DNA of 55,095 nucleotides from Patescibacteria group bacterium (GTDB lineage Bacteria; Patescibacteriota; Minisyncoccia; Phycocordibacterales; JACOZG01): NCBI GenBank assembly GCA_038064435.1, contig JBBTTC010000011.1, positions 1 to 55,095 of the forward strand, read 5' to 3'. Shown piece by piece: positions 18,439 to 27,354 of this stretch (position 1 is its first letter; each line of letters starts with the position of its first letter). The notes under the pieces were generated by a model. It saw only the letters and a program-made list of their open reading frames with translations, ran no database searches and was not told where the DNA came from. The position numbers and the translations under genes were made by a program.

Positions 18439-18483
18439 TTTTAACTGGAAATCTAAGCCCATCTGTGTTATGGTTTCAACTAC

Positions 18484-21078
18484 ATGGGAAAGGCGGGCAC
18501 AAAAGACTCTTTAACGAAATCAGACATCAAGCGTGTCTGCGACATATTGCGTCGTGATGATGGCGTCGGAGCAAAGGACTACATTGAGCAATTTTCGTGG
18601 CTTCTTTTCTTGAAGGTGTTCGAAGGAGTTGAAGATCAACTTAAGGAACTCGAAGAAGCTGAGGGAAGAAAATACAAACCAGTAGTTGACGCGGAATATC
18701 GGTGGTCTTCTTGGGCAAAAAAAGATTGGAAAGACAAAGACGAGCTCATCCATTTCATAAATCAGAAATTATTTCCACATCTCAAGTCACTCAGGGGTAC
18801 AAGAGAAAAAGACAAAATCGGTGAGATATTTCGCGAATTACAAGGTAACCGTATTCGCTCACCCCACAACTTGCTTGATGTAGTAGAGATTTTGGACAAG
18901 ATTGAGAAACATCACTTCCAAGACACTCATTTACTTTCCCAAGTTTACGAAGAAATCTTACAGGCGATGGGAAGCGAAGGTGGCTGGTCGGGAGAGTTTT
19001 ACACTCCACGTCCAATTATTCGCTTGATGGTAAATATCGTCGACCCAAAGTTGGGGGGAACAATTTTTGACCCATTCGTTGGTTCGGGCGGCTTTCTTGT
19101 GGAGAGCTACAACCATCTCTACGAAAAATCAGCAAAGGATGTTCGTGCATGGCGTACGCTTCAGACAAAAACATTTTATGGTCAGGAAAAGAAGCCGTTG
19201 CCGTTCCTTATCGGCACAATGAATCTCATTCTGCATCACATTCTCGTACCAAATATCATGCGGGCGAACACGTTCATGGAGGATGTTCATAGCATATCAG
19301 AAAGTTCCAAAATGGATGTAATTTTGACGAATCCTCCTTTTGGCGCAGAAGAATCAAAAACCGTTCAGAGTAATTATCCAATCGAAGTTGGAGTCACCGA
19401 AGGTCTTGCACTCCAATACATAATGAAGCGACTCAAAAATGGTGGTCGTTGTGGTGTCATTCTTCCTGAAGGCAATATCCTTTTGGGTGGTGGAGCTATG
19501 ATTCGCATCCGAGAAGAGCTTCTCTCAAAGTTCAATGTACACACCATTATTTCACTCCCACAGGGCGCATTTGCACAGATGGGTGCAGGAGTAAAAACCA
19601 ACCTCATTTTTTTCGATAAAACGGGTCCAACTAAAGAAATATGGTATGGCGAAGTAAAGGGAAAATTTACAAAGAAGAAAATTATCAAAGATGAGGATTT
19701 ACTAGAGATTTTCGAAAAGAGAAAAACAAGAGAAGTGTCTGAAAACTCTTGGACTGTCCCTATTGAGGTTATTCGAGAGCGCGGATACGATATTTCTCCC
19801 AAAAACCCTATAAGCAAAAATAACGACGGTCTACTTCCGCCTAACGAGATTTTTGGAGAAGTCCAACGTAACCAAAAAGAAATAAATTCGGCACTTCTAT
19901 CTCTCAAACAATCAATAAACACTAAAGACGGCAAAAGTAAATTTGCTTCCATAAAACTCGGAGATAAGAACTACTTCAAAGTTGAGACAGGCTCAACGCC
20001 AAAAACAGGCATCACAGAGTATTGGGACGGAGATATCATTTGGGTTACACCAAAAGACCTCGGCTTCACAGTAAAAGACAAGAGAATATACGACTCTGAA
20101 AGAAAAATATCAAAGCAGGGGCTGGAAAACTCTTCTGCCTCACCTGTTCCTGCGGGTTCCATAATAATTTCTACTCGTGCCCCAATAGGTTATGTTGCCA
20201 TTGCAGATACTGAAATGTGCTTCAACCAAGGTTGTAAAGCAATAGTTCCTCTATTACCGCAAATACTGCCAGAGTATCTTTATTATTCAATTTTATCAGC
20301 AGTGGACGACATGAAAGCATTGGGTAAGGGTTCTGTTTTCGATGAAATTTCAAAAGAAAAATTAGAAAGTATCGAAATACTACTTCCATTCAAGGCAGGT
20401 AAACCTGATTCTGGTGAACAGCAACGTGTGGCAAAGGAACTAGATAAGGTGTTTTCATACTCTCAAAAAATATCCTCTCTCGTCGAGAAGCAAGAGGTGT
20501 ACTTATCTTCATTGAAATCATCAGCTTTGATTCAAGTTGCTGTACCGAGCATATTCAATATTCAACAGGCAATCGCACACATACTAAAGCGCATAGAACG
20601 CGGTGAAATGATAATTGCAAAAATCCTTTATATAGCTCAAGCGGTTTATAAAATTCCGTTGAGTATTCACTTTACTGCACAAAACTTTGGACCCTACGAT
20701 ACGGCTGTAAAAAAAGCTGTAACCGCGGGTCTGTCTCCGAGGAACCAATTCTTTAGTACGCGTGGAATTGGTGAAATGAAGGTTCTTGCTCTCGGTAAAA
20801 ATGCCGAAAAGATTTTGAAATACTCTAACTCTGCATTAGCAAGAAGGGTGAATGATTATCTGGATAAAATGATGCCGTACTACGCCGCCAGCGATAGTCC
20901 TTCAATTGAACGCCTTGCCACTATCTGCAAAATAATCGAAGACGAGGGGTCGTCCGATGAAAGCACTATAAAAACGAAGTTAGAGAATTGGAAACCTGGA
21001 AGATTTACGGGTGCAGAAATTTCAAAAACTATCGCCTTTATCAAGAGTAATGGCTGGGATACTCGGCTACTAAAATAA
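18484..21078 (+). CDS. hsdM: Type I RM methyltransferase fused to a single HsdS TRD and an extra C-terminal domain
   Basis: HsdM_N, GEFYTPR, DPFVGSGGF, NPPF (m6A). TRD motifs GSTPKT..YWDGDIIWVTP, STRAPIG, NQG, EQQRV. Then a KILY..GPYD domain. Confidence 0.9.
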   Translation: MGKAGTKDSLTKSDIKRVCDILRRDDGVGAKDYIEQFSWLLFLKVFEGVEDQLKELEEAEGRKYKPVVDAEYRWSSWAKKDWKDKDELIHFINQKLFPHLKSLRGTREKDKIGEIFRELQGNRIRSPHNLLDVVEILDKIEKHHFQDTHLLSQVYEEILQAMGSEGGWSGEFYTPRPIIRLMVNIVDPKLGGTIFDPFVGSGGFLVESYNHLYEKSAKDVRAWRTLQTKTFYGQEKKPLPFLIGTMNLILHHILVPNIMRANTFMEDVHSISESSKMDVILTNPPFGAEESKTVQSNYPIEVGVTEGLALQYIMKRLKNGGRCGVILPEGNILLGGGAMIRIREELLSKFNVHTIISLPQGAFAQMGAGVKTNLIFFDKTGPTKEIWYGEVKGKFTKKKIIKDEDLLEIFEKRKTREVSENSWTVPIEVIRERGYDISPKNPISKNNDGLLPPNEIFGEVQRNQKEINSALLSLKQSINTKDGKSKFASIKLGDKNYFKVETGSTPKTGITEYWDGDIIWVTPKDLGFTVKDKRIYDSERKISKQGLENSSASPVPAGSIIISTRAPIGYVAIADTEMCFNQGCKAIVPLLPQILPEYLYYSILSAVDDMKALGKGSVFDEISKEKLESIEILLPFKAGKPDSGEQQRVAKELDKVFSYSQKISSLVEKQEVYLSSLKSSALIQVAVPSIFNIQQAIAHILKRIERGEMIIAKILYIAQAVYKIPLSIHFTAQNFGPYDTAVKKAVTAGLSPRNQFFSTRGIGEMKVLALGKNAEKILKYSNSALARRVNDYLDKMMPYYAASDSPSIERLATICKIIEDEGSSDESTIKTKLENWKPGRFTGAEISKTIAFIKSNGWDTRLLK

Positions 21079-21083
21079 ACACC

Positions 21084-23537
21084 ATGCCTTACTCTGAAGA
21101 TGATACACGGGTCAAAATAATAGACCCACAAATACACAAGGACGGATGGGACGAAGAATATCTCTTGCGAAATTATCCTATTGCTGATGACCGTTTTCGT
21201 GTAGAGGGTGAAGATTTCAAACGCCTTCCAACAGCAAAGTTCGCCGACTATGTTCTTATCTATCAAAACATAATTCTTGCAGTTCTTGAAGCGAAGGCAG
21301 AAGACGAAGACCCAATGAAGCACTTGAGCCAAGCACAGGATTATGCCAAGCGCCTTGATATTCCTTTTGCTTATATCTCGAATGGCAAAACAACTTACCT
21401 ACATGACCGCCGAACTCTCAAGACGGAAGAAGTTCCAAGCTATCTTTCTCCAGAGAAGATGCATAAAGCCTATGTGGAATGGAAAGGTCTCGGAGCGCAA
21501 AATCTTGATGCACTTTCATATCCTCTATACCTTACTGGTTCAAAGCGACCACGGGCGTATCAAGAAACTGCAATAAAAAAGACCATTGAGAATATCTCTT
21601 TGGATAAACACGCAACACTCCTCACGATGGCGACTGGAACAGGAAAAACCTATACCGCCTTTCAAATCATTTGGAAGTTATTAAAGTCAAAGAAGATGCA
21701 CCGCGTTTTGTTTCTAACAGACCGCATCATTCTGAAAGACCAAGCATATGCGGAGTTTGAGGCATTTGGGGAGTCGCGGTGCAAGATAGAGGGTGGCGAT
21801 TTCAATAAGAATCGCGATATGTATTTTGCCACTTATCAAACCTTGTTCACAAATGAACTTTACAAACAGATACCTGCGGATTTCTTCGACCTCATTGTGA
21901 TTGATGAGTGCCACCGTTCACGCTTCGGGGATTGGGGCATCGTTCTCGACCATTTTCATACCGCACAGCATCTCGGCATGACCGCTACACCAAAGCGCGA
22001 AGACAACATTGATGTGTACGAATACTTTGGTGAGCCAGTATTTGAATACTCCCTCGGACAAGCAATCGAGGACGGCTATCTGGTACCTTACAAAATATAC
22101 AAGGTCACAACGAATCTTTATCGTGAGGGTTTGAGTGTAGCCGACGCGGAAGAAGTTATTTACGATGATGAAATCGTGCCAGAGGATGTAAAAGATTTTT
22201 ACGAGCCATCTGAATATGAGAAGGCAGTTACCATTCCTGAACAGATTGACCTGCTCGCGCAAAAAGTTGTCGAGATATTGGATAAAACAAATCAATACGG
22301 GAAAACCATTATTTTCTGTGTTGATATGGCACATGCACAAGCAGTAAAAGACAAGCTCAATGCCCTAAAAGGCAAAGAGGAGTATGCCACTCGTATTGTA
22401 TCGGAAGATAAAGACGACCTCTCAATTTTCCGCGACAAAGAAAGAGTGATGCCAGTGATAGCAACGACTGTTGACTTACTTTCAACTGGTGTAGATATTC
22501 CACATGTTGAGAATATCGTTTTTATGCGTCCCATTGCATCGCGCGTGCTTTTCAAACAAATAATTGGACGCGGTTCACGCCTTTTTGAAGGCAAAGGATT
22601 TTTCAGAATCATTGATTTTACAAATGCCACTCGTCTTATTGATGAGTGGGATATTTCAATCGTTCCACCAGAGCCACCTGTGCCGCCAGAAGAGGTAATC
22701 CCTCCGTTCGATAAGCTGCTGATGGGGATAGTTATTGATAACAAGAGGGGGGAACCAATAGAAAATGCTGTTGTGAAAGCAAAGATGGGACGCTGGGAGA
22801 AACTCGGCAAAACAGACGCAAACGGTGCGTTCAAGCTCTTTGGCTTACCATCGAATGACAGGGTGAACGTAAGTATTGAGTATCCCGACTACAAACGGTT
22901 AGGCAAAAAATATCCGCCACATTCCGCTGAAGATGAGCCACCTTACGAATTTCGACTCAAGCCGTGGAAGACTGCCTCAAAGAAAATTACAGTAAAGGGC
23001 ATCGTCGTTACGATCGATGAAGAAGTTGAAGTTGAGTTTGACGGCATCAAATTATCATATGCCGAGTACCGTAAATACTCGAGGGATAAAATAGAACACG
23101 CTGTTCACTCATCGGATGAACTGCGTGAGATTTGGCTCAATCCCGAAAAGCGCGATAGGTTCATTGCCGACCTAGAGTCAAAGAAAGTAAATATAGGGCT
23201 TATTAAATCCATAGAAAACCTTGAGGATAGTGATTCTTTTGATGTGATAGCGCATATCGCCTTTGATGCCCCTCTTTTGACCCGTGAAGACCGTGTAAAG
23301 CACTTTATGCGCCAGAATGCCCAGAATATAGACCAATACGGCAAGGAAATTGGCGAAGCTATCCGTGAAATTATGGAAAAATACAAAAACAACGGAGAGG
23401 AGAATCTCTCGGCTCAAGCGTTCCTACTGCCGAATATGAACGCCAAGAAGGAGGAGATACAGTCGAAGTATCCAGAAGGTCTGTACGGATTTGTACACTC
23501 GCTCAAGGAGAGGGTTTACGCCTTCGCTGGCAGATAA
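21084..23537 (+). CDS. hsdR: Type I restriction subunit R (EcoAI/EcoEI-like) with an inserted beta-sandwich domain
   Basis: ADYVL..LEAK nuclease, MATGTGKT, DECH, TATP, QIIGRGSR, and EcoEI_R_C-like FDVIAHIAFDAPLLTREDR. Confidence 0.92.
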   Translation: MPYSEDDTRVKIIDPQIHKDGWDEEYLLRNYPIADDRFRVEGEDFKRLPTAKFADYVLIYQNIILAVLEAKAEDEDPMKHLSQAQDYAKRLDIPFAYISNGKTTYLHDRRTLKTEEVPSYLSPEKMHKAYVEWKGLGAQNLDALSYPLYLTGSKRPRAYQETAIKKTIENISLDKHATLLTMATGTGKTYTAFQIIWKLLKSKKMHRVLFLTDRIILKDQAYAEFEAFGESRCKIEGGDFNKNRDMYFATYQTLFTNELYKQIPADFFDLIVIDECHRSRFGDWGIVLDHFHTAQHLGMTATPKREDNIDVYEYFGEPVFEYSLGQAIEDGYLVPYKIYKVTTNLYREGLSVADAEEVIYDDEIVPEDVKDFYEPSEYEKAVTIPEQIDLLAQKVVEILDKTNQYGKTIIFCVDMAHAQAVKDKLNALKGKEEYATRIVSEDKDDLSIFRDKERVMPVIATTVDLLSTGVDIPHVENIVFMRPIASRVLFKQIIGRGSRLFEGKGFFRIIDFTNATRLIDEWDISIVPPEPPVPPEEVIPPFDKLLMGIVIDNKRGEPIENAVVKAKMGRWEKLGKTDANGAFKLFGLPSNDRVNVSIEYPDYKRLGKKYPPHSAEDEPPYEFRLKPWKTASKKITVKGIVVTIDEEVEVEFDGIKLSYAEYRKYSRDKIEHAVHSSDELREIWLNPEKRDRFIADLESKKVNIGLIKSIENLEDSDSFDVIAHIAFDAPLLTREDRVKHFMRQNAQNIDQYGKEIGEAIREIMEKYKNNGEENLSAQAFLLPNMNAKKEEIQSKYPEGLYGFVHSLKERVYAFAGR

Positions 23538-23541
23538 TTTT

Positions 23542-23985
23542 ATGAAGTTACTTACTGAAAAGTTTGTCCAAAACAATATCATCGAGCATCTCTTTCACAA
23601 AGGATGGAGTAGAAACCTGCGTAGCAAGGGTGTTGATGAACACGGCGTAGATATTAAAGTAAGAAACAACAAGTTTTCTCGTTACTGGCTCATTGAATGC
23701 AAGGGTGATGCCTCCAAAACAGCAAAGTATCCTCGCTCTCACCGCGAGGTCTGTTTTAATTTAGCGCTTGGACAAATCATCACGCGGATGAAAAGTGATG
23801 GAAAGCGTGGGTATAAATACGGCTACAAATACGGCGTTGGTTTCCCTTCTTCGTTTTGTGATTTAGTGCTAAGGCGTTTGCCATCTAATGTTGCGGACAA
23901 GCTCAACCTGTATGTGTTTCTTGTCAGCGAGACCGGCAAGGTTGATTTCTATGATTGGCGAAAATTGAAACAGTCTCAATTATAA
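23542..23985 (+). CDS. PD-(D/E)xK nuclease-fold protein
   Basis: TE..VQ helix, GVDI..LIECKG, ALGQII. ATG 23542. Confidence 0.7.
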   Translation: MKLLTEKFVQNNIIEHLFHKGWSRNLRSKGVDEHGVDIKVRNNKFSRYWLIECKGDASKTAKYPRSHREVCFNLALGQIITRMKSDGKRGYKYGYKYGVGFPSSFCDLVLRRLPSNVADKLNLYVFLVSETGKVDFYDWRKLKQSQL

Positions 23986-24728
23986 ATATTGTAGAGGCAA
24001 AAACTAAAATTGATTTCGTAAAAGAAAAACTCCTTGAAATGCAGGAAGTTTCTGCTTTTATTGATGAAAAAATGTTTGAGGAAGACCCTGAAACGGGGAG
24101 CCAGTTTTTAGAGCCTGAGATTGGGATGAACGATGCGTATCCAAAAGAAAACGAAATGATGCATTCTTATTGGGATGAAATAAAAAGAAATGCACCTCCT
24201 GGGTTTTCAATTGATAGCAATCTAATCAGACATCTTTCGTTTAATGAGGCGCATGATTGGTTTGATATTACAAAAAAGGACATACCCAGAGAATTAACAA
24301 AGGTGGAAGAATACAAAAAGCAGTTATTTTTAATTGAATACTTGGATAGTTTACATCCAGAGGTTAGCCGTGTAACGGAAATTGTTTTGAGTGGTGACTT
24401 GGACGCGGCGCTTAAAACTATTTTCGCGACGCTAGACTCAAAGATTCGTGTACACATCGAGGCAAAACCAACTGAAGCCACTGTTTCTATGATTGGAAAA
24501 GCGTTCAAGAATGCTAAGTTAATTTCACCACAGGAAGAAAGTACCGATAGTGCAAGAAATTTTTTGCAAGGCGTAATTGGGTATTATAGAAATACTATTT
24601 TACACAATCCGCTCCCTACGAGTAGAAACCGCCTCGATGCTAGTTTGTCACTTTTTACATTAGCACATGAAGCGTTTAGACTCTTTGATTCTTGTTCTAA
24701 ACCAAGAGATCCGTTTCTGGAAAGTTAG
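23955..24728 (+). CDS. TIGR02391/Ymh-like (HEPN-type) C-terminal domain protein
   Basis: LHPEV, IGKAF, FLQGVIGYYRNTILH (Rx4H). Start uncertain (TTG 23955 or ATG 24039). Confidence 0.65.
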   Translation: MAKIETVSIINIVEAKTKIDFVKEKLLEMQEVSAFIDEKMFEEDPETGSQFLEPEIGMNDAYPKENEMMHSYWDEIKRNAPPGFSIDSNLIRHLSFNEAHDWFDITKKDIPRELTKVEEYKKQLFLIEYLDSLHPEVSRVTEIVLSGDLDAALKTIFATLDSKIRVHIEAKPTEATVSMIGKAFKNAKLISPQEESTDSARNFLQGVIGYYRNTILHNPLPTSRNRLDASLSLFTLAHEAFRLFDSCSKPRDPFLES

Positions 24729-24934
24729 GGCACCATAGTTAATTCCTTAATATACAGCAATTTGCTATACATCCCTTCCATGTAATCACGGTCGGAAAAT
24801 ATGGTTATAATAATCTCTTGTTCGGGGCACCTTATATCAGAATTTATAAAATCACGAGAAACAATGGATTTATCGGTGTTTCTGGTTTTATAGAAAGCCT
24901 GCTGAAGCTTCACTAACTCCTCAAACAATGGAGC
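24725..24934 (-). other. Detached C-terminal segment of the serine recombinase (67 codons after the att core)
   Basis: Begins exactly at the right junction and is in frame with the recombinase after joining at GCTCC (..VLAP+LFEELVKLQQAFYK..). Confidence 0.7.
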
Positions 24935-24953
24935 GTTACCTCTCTTAATTATA
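24930..24953 (-). repeat. Right junction (att)
   Basis: Minus strand TATAATTAA-GAGAGGTAAC-GCTCC. Confidence 0.7.
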
Positions 24954-24976
24954 CACCCTCAAATTAGTACTGTCAA
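24948..24976 (-). promoter_or_regulatory. Perfect consensus sigma70 promoter TTGACA-N17-TATAAT firing into the element
   Basis: Plus strand TGTCAA at 24971-24976 and ATTATA at 24948-24953, with a 17-nt spacer. Confidence 0.85.
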
Positions 24977-25014
24977 GTCGAAAGAGGCGGGGAAAATGAG
25001 GTATAATCGCCGTG

Positions 25015-27294
25015 ATGAAGAAGTACAATCATTTGGCGGTGGAGCGGAAGTGGCAAAAAAAGTGGTCGCAGACGGGCGCTGGGCGTGCCGCCGCGGCCGG
25101 TAAGCGTAAAAAGTTTTATGCTCTGATCGAGTTTCCGTATCCCTCCGGCGATGGTTTGCACGTTGGTCATATTCGCAGTAACACGGCCATGGATATTATT
25201 GCCCGCAAACGCCGCGCCGAGGGCTATAACGTTTTGTATCCCATTGGTTGGGACGCTTTCGGTTTGCCGACCGAGAATTACGCTATTAAAACTGGCCAGC
25301 AACCGGCGATTGTAACCAAGCGCAACACCGCCCGCTTTCGTCAGCAGTTGCAGTCACTCGGTTTTTCTTTTGATTGGAATCGCGAGATCAACACCACCGA
25401 TCCCAATTATTATCGCTGGACGCAGTGGATCTTTTTGCAGTTTTACAAGCACGGTCTGGCTTACAAAGCCAGGATGCCAATCAATTGGTGCCCAAGCTGT
25501 CGCATCGGTTTGGCCAATGAGGAAGCGGTGGGCGGACGATGCGAGCGTTGCAGTGGACTAACAGAAGTGCGTACCAAGGAGCAATGGCTACTGGCCATCA
25601 CCAAGTATGCCGATCGTTTGGATCGCGATTTGGATTTAGTGGATTATCCAGCCTCGATCAAAACCCAACAGCGTAATTGGATTGGGCGTAAGGAGGGTGT
25701 GGTCATTAAATTTGAACTGAAGGGATTAAACAAAACTATTGAAATTTTTACCACTCGGCCCGACACGATTACTGGCGTAACCTTTGTGGCCGTGGCGCCG
25801 GCCATGGCTCGGCAGTGGTTGGAGACGGGCTGGACGGCCAGTCCTGATGTTAAAAAGTTTATCAACAATGAGTTAGCGCGTCGTCCTGACGCCGGTGAGC
25901 AAACTAAGCATGGTTTGGCCACCGGTCTTGAGGCGGTGAATCCGGTGACGGGGGAGTCAGTGCCAGTTTGGGTTGCCAGTTACGTACTAGGCGATGCCGG
26001 CACCGGCGCGATTATGGGTGTGCCGGTCGCCGATGAGCGGGATCGTGAATTTGCCACGGCTCACGGTTTGGCCATTAAACCAATCGATCAGTCTCGGTCG
26101 TTGGGTCAACTGGGCGAGAAGCGGGTGACTTACAAATTGCGCGACTGGGTATTTTCTCGCCAGCGTTATTGGGGCGAACCGATTCCGATGATCAATTGCC
26201 CACACTGCGGTTGGGTACCGGTGCCAGAAAAAGATTTGCCGGTTAAATTGCCGTTGATAAAAAAATATGCGCCGACCGAGAGCGGCGAGTCACCACTGGC
26301 GGCCATCGCCAGTTGGATCAAGGTGCGGTGCCCGAAGTGTAGTGAGTGGGCTCGGCGCGAGACCGACACCATGCCCAACTGGGCCGGCTCATCGTGGTAC
26401 TACCTGCGTTACGCTGATCCGCGCGGGCGCCACGCCCCAGCGGCGCCCGCCAAACTTAAATATTGGTTGCCGGTAGATTGGTACAACGGTGGGACCGAAC
26501 ATACTACTCTACACCTCTTGTACTCGCGTTTTTGGCATAAGTTTTTATACGATCACAAAATTGCTCCCGAACTTGAACCGTATCAAAAAAGAACTTCGCA
26601 TGGGTTTGTGTTGGCGCCCGATGGGCAAAAGATGTCCAAATCACGGGGCAACGTGATCAATCCCGATGAATTGGTTAAAACTTTTGGCGCGGACGCTTTG
26701 CGGCTGTACGAAATGTTTATGGGGCCATTTGACCAGACGGTGGCTTGGCAACCTGATGGTTTGGTGGGGACTAAGCGTTTTTTGGAACGAGTCTGGCGCT
26801 TGGCTGGGCAAATTTCCTCTGCTACTAACTTACTGCCGATCACGAATGCGACGATAATTAAAGTCAGTGCTGATATTGAGGCGATGAAATTTAATACGGC
26901 TGTTAGTCAACTAATGATTTTGGCCCATCAGTTTGAGCGCTCTGGTTCAGTGCCTCGCTCTGATTATCAAATTCTGTTAAAACTCTTGTCGCCTTTCGCG
27001 CCACATATTACTGAAGAGCTGTGGCAAATTACTAAAGGTCGAGGATCGGTTCACGCCGCGCCGTGGCCGAGTGTGTTCGCCGTGGCGAACCAGCATAAAA
27101 AATTGGTCACCATCGTTATACAAGTTAACGGCAAAAAACGGAGTGTATTGGAGATGTTTGCGGGATCGAGCGAAGAGGCGGTCAAAGCTGAAGCTCTCAC
27201 TCAATCGGAGATTAAAAAATGGGTTGATCAGCGCGCGATCAAAAAAACAATTTTTGTTCCTAACCGGTTGATCAACCTAGTTGTTGACAATTAG
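25015..27294 (+). CDS. leuS: Leucine-tRNA ligase
   Basis: FPYPSG, HVGH (HIGH), GWDAFGLP, FTTRPDT, KMSKS, QVNGKKR. Confidence 0.96.
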   Translation: MKKYNHLAVERKWQKKWSQTGAGRAAAAGKRKKFYALIEFPYPSGDGLHVGHIRSNTAMDIIARKRRAEGYNVLYPIGWDAFGLPTENYAIKTGQQPAIVTKRNTARFRQQLQSLGFSFDWNREINTTDPNYYRWTQWIFLQFYKHGLAYKARMPINWCPSCRIGLANEEAVGGRCERCSGLTEVRTKEQWLLAITKYADRLDRDLDLVDYPASIKTQQRNWIGRKEGVVIKFELKGLNKTIEIFTTRPDTITGVTFVAVAPAMARQWLETGWTASPDVKKFINNELARRPDAGEQTKHGLATGLEAVNPVTGESVPVWVASYVLGDAGTGAIMGVPVADERDREFATAHGLAIKPIDQSRSLGQLGEKRVTYKLRDWVFSRQRYWGEPIPMINCPHCGWVPVPEKDLPVKLPLIKKYAPTESGESPLAAIASWIKVRCPKCSEWARRETDTMPNWAGSSWYYLRYADPRGRHAPAAPAKLKYWLPVDWYNGGTEHTTLHLLYSRFWHKFLYDHKIAPELEPYQKRTSHGFVLAPDGQKMSKSRGNVINPDELVKTFGADALRLYEMFMGPFDQTVAWQPDGLVGTKRFLERVWRLAGQISSATNLLPITNATIIKVSADIEAMKFNTAVSQLMILAHQFERSGSVPRSDYQILLKLLSPFAPHITEELWQITKGRGSVHAAPWPSVFAVANQHKKLVTIVIQVNGKKRSVLEMFAGSSEEAVKAEALTQSEIKKWVDQRAIKKTIFVPNRLINLVVDN

Positions 27295-27312
27295 CCAGCT
27301 ATGCATTAGCAT
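27284..27312 (+). promoter_or_regulatory. sigma70 promoter TTGACA-N17-TAGCAT
   Basis: Read directly at the end of leuS, upstream of the FlgM-like ORF. Confidence 0.6.
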
Positions 27313-27354
27313 TAACACCCGGTATTGTTCCCACCATACTTTAAGGAGACAGTA

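Larger units (their letters stand above)
11969..24934. mobile_element. ~13 kb integrative element (serine-recombinase island, satellite-like) with defence cargo
   Basis: Contains a recombinase, a Rep helicase and RM genes. Visibly more AT-rich than the flanks. Bounded by matched junctions GGAGC-N10-TTAATTATA at 11969-11992 and 24930-24953. Confidence 0.85.

Noticed and set aside
24728-24735. GGGCACCA, resembling a tRNA 3' end (possible att duplicate)
   Set aside because: Only 8 bp, no T-arm, and no matching tRNA at the other end of the island. The GCTCC/TATAATTAA junctions explain the boundaries better.
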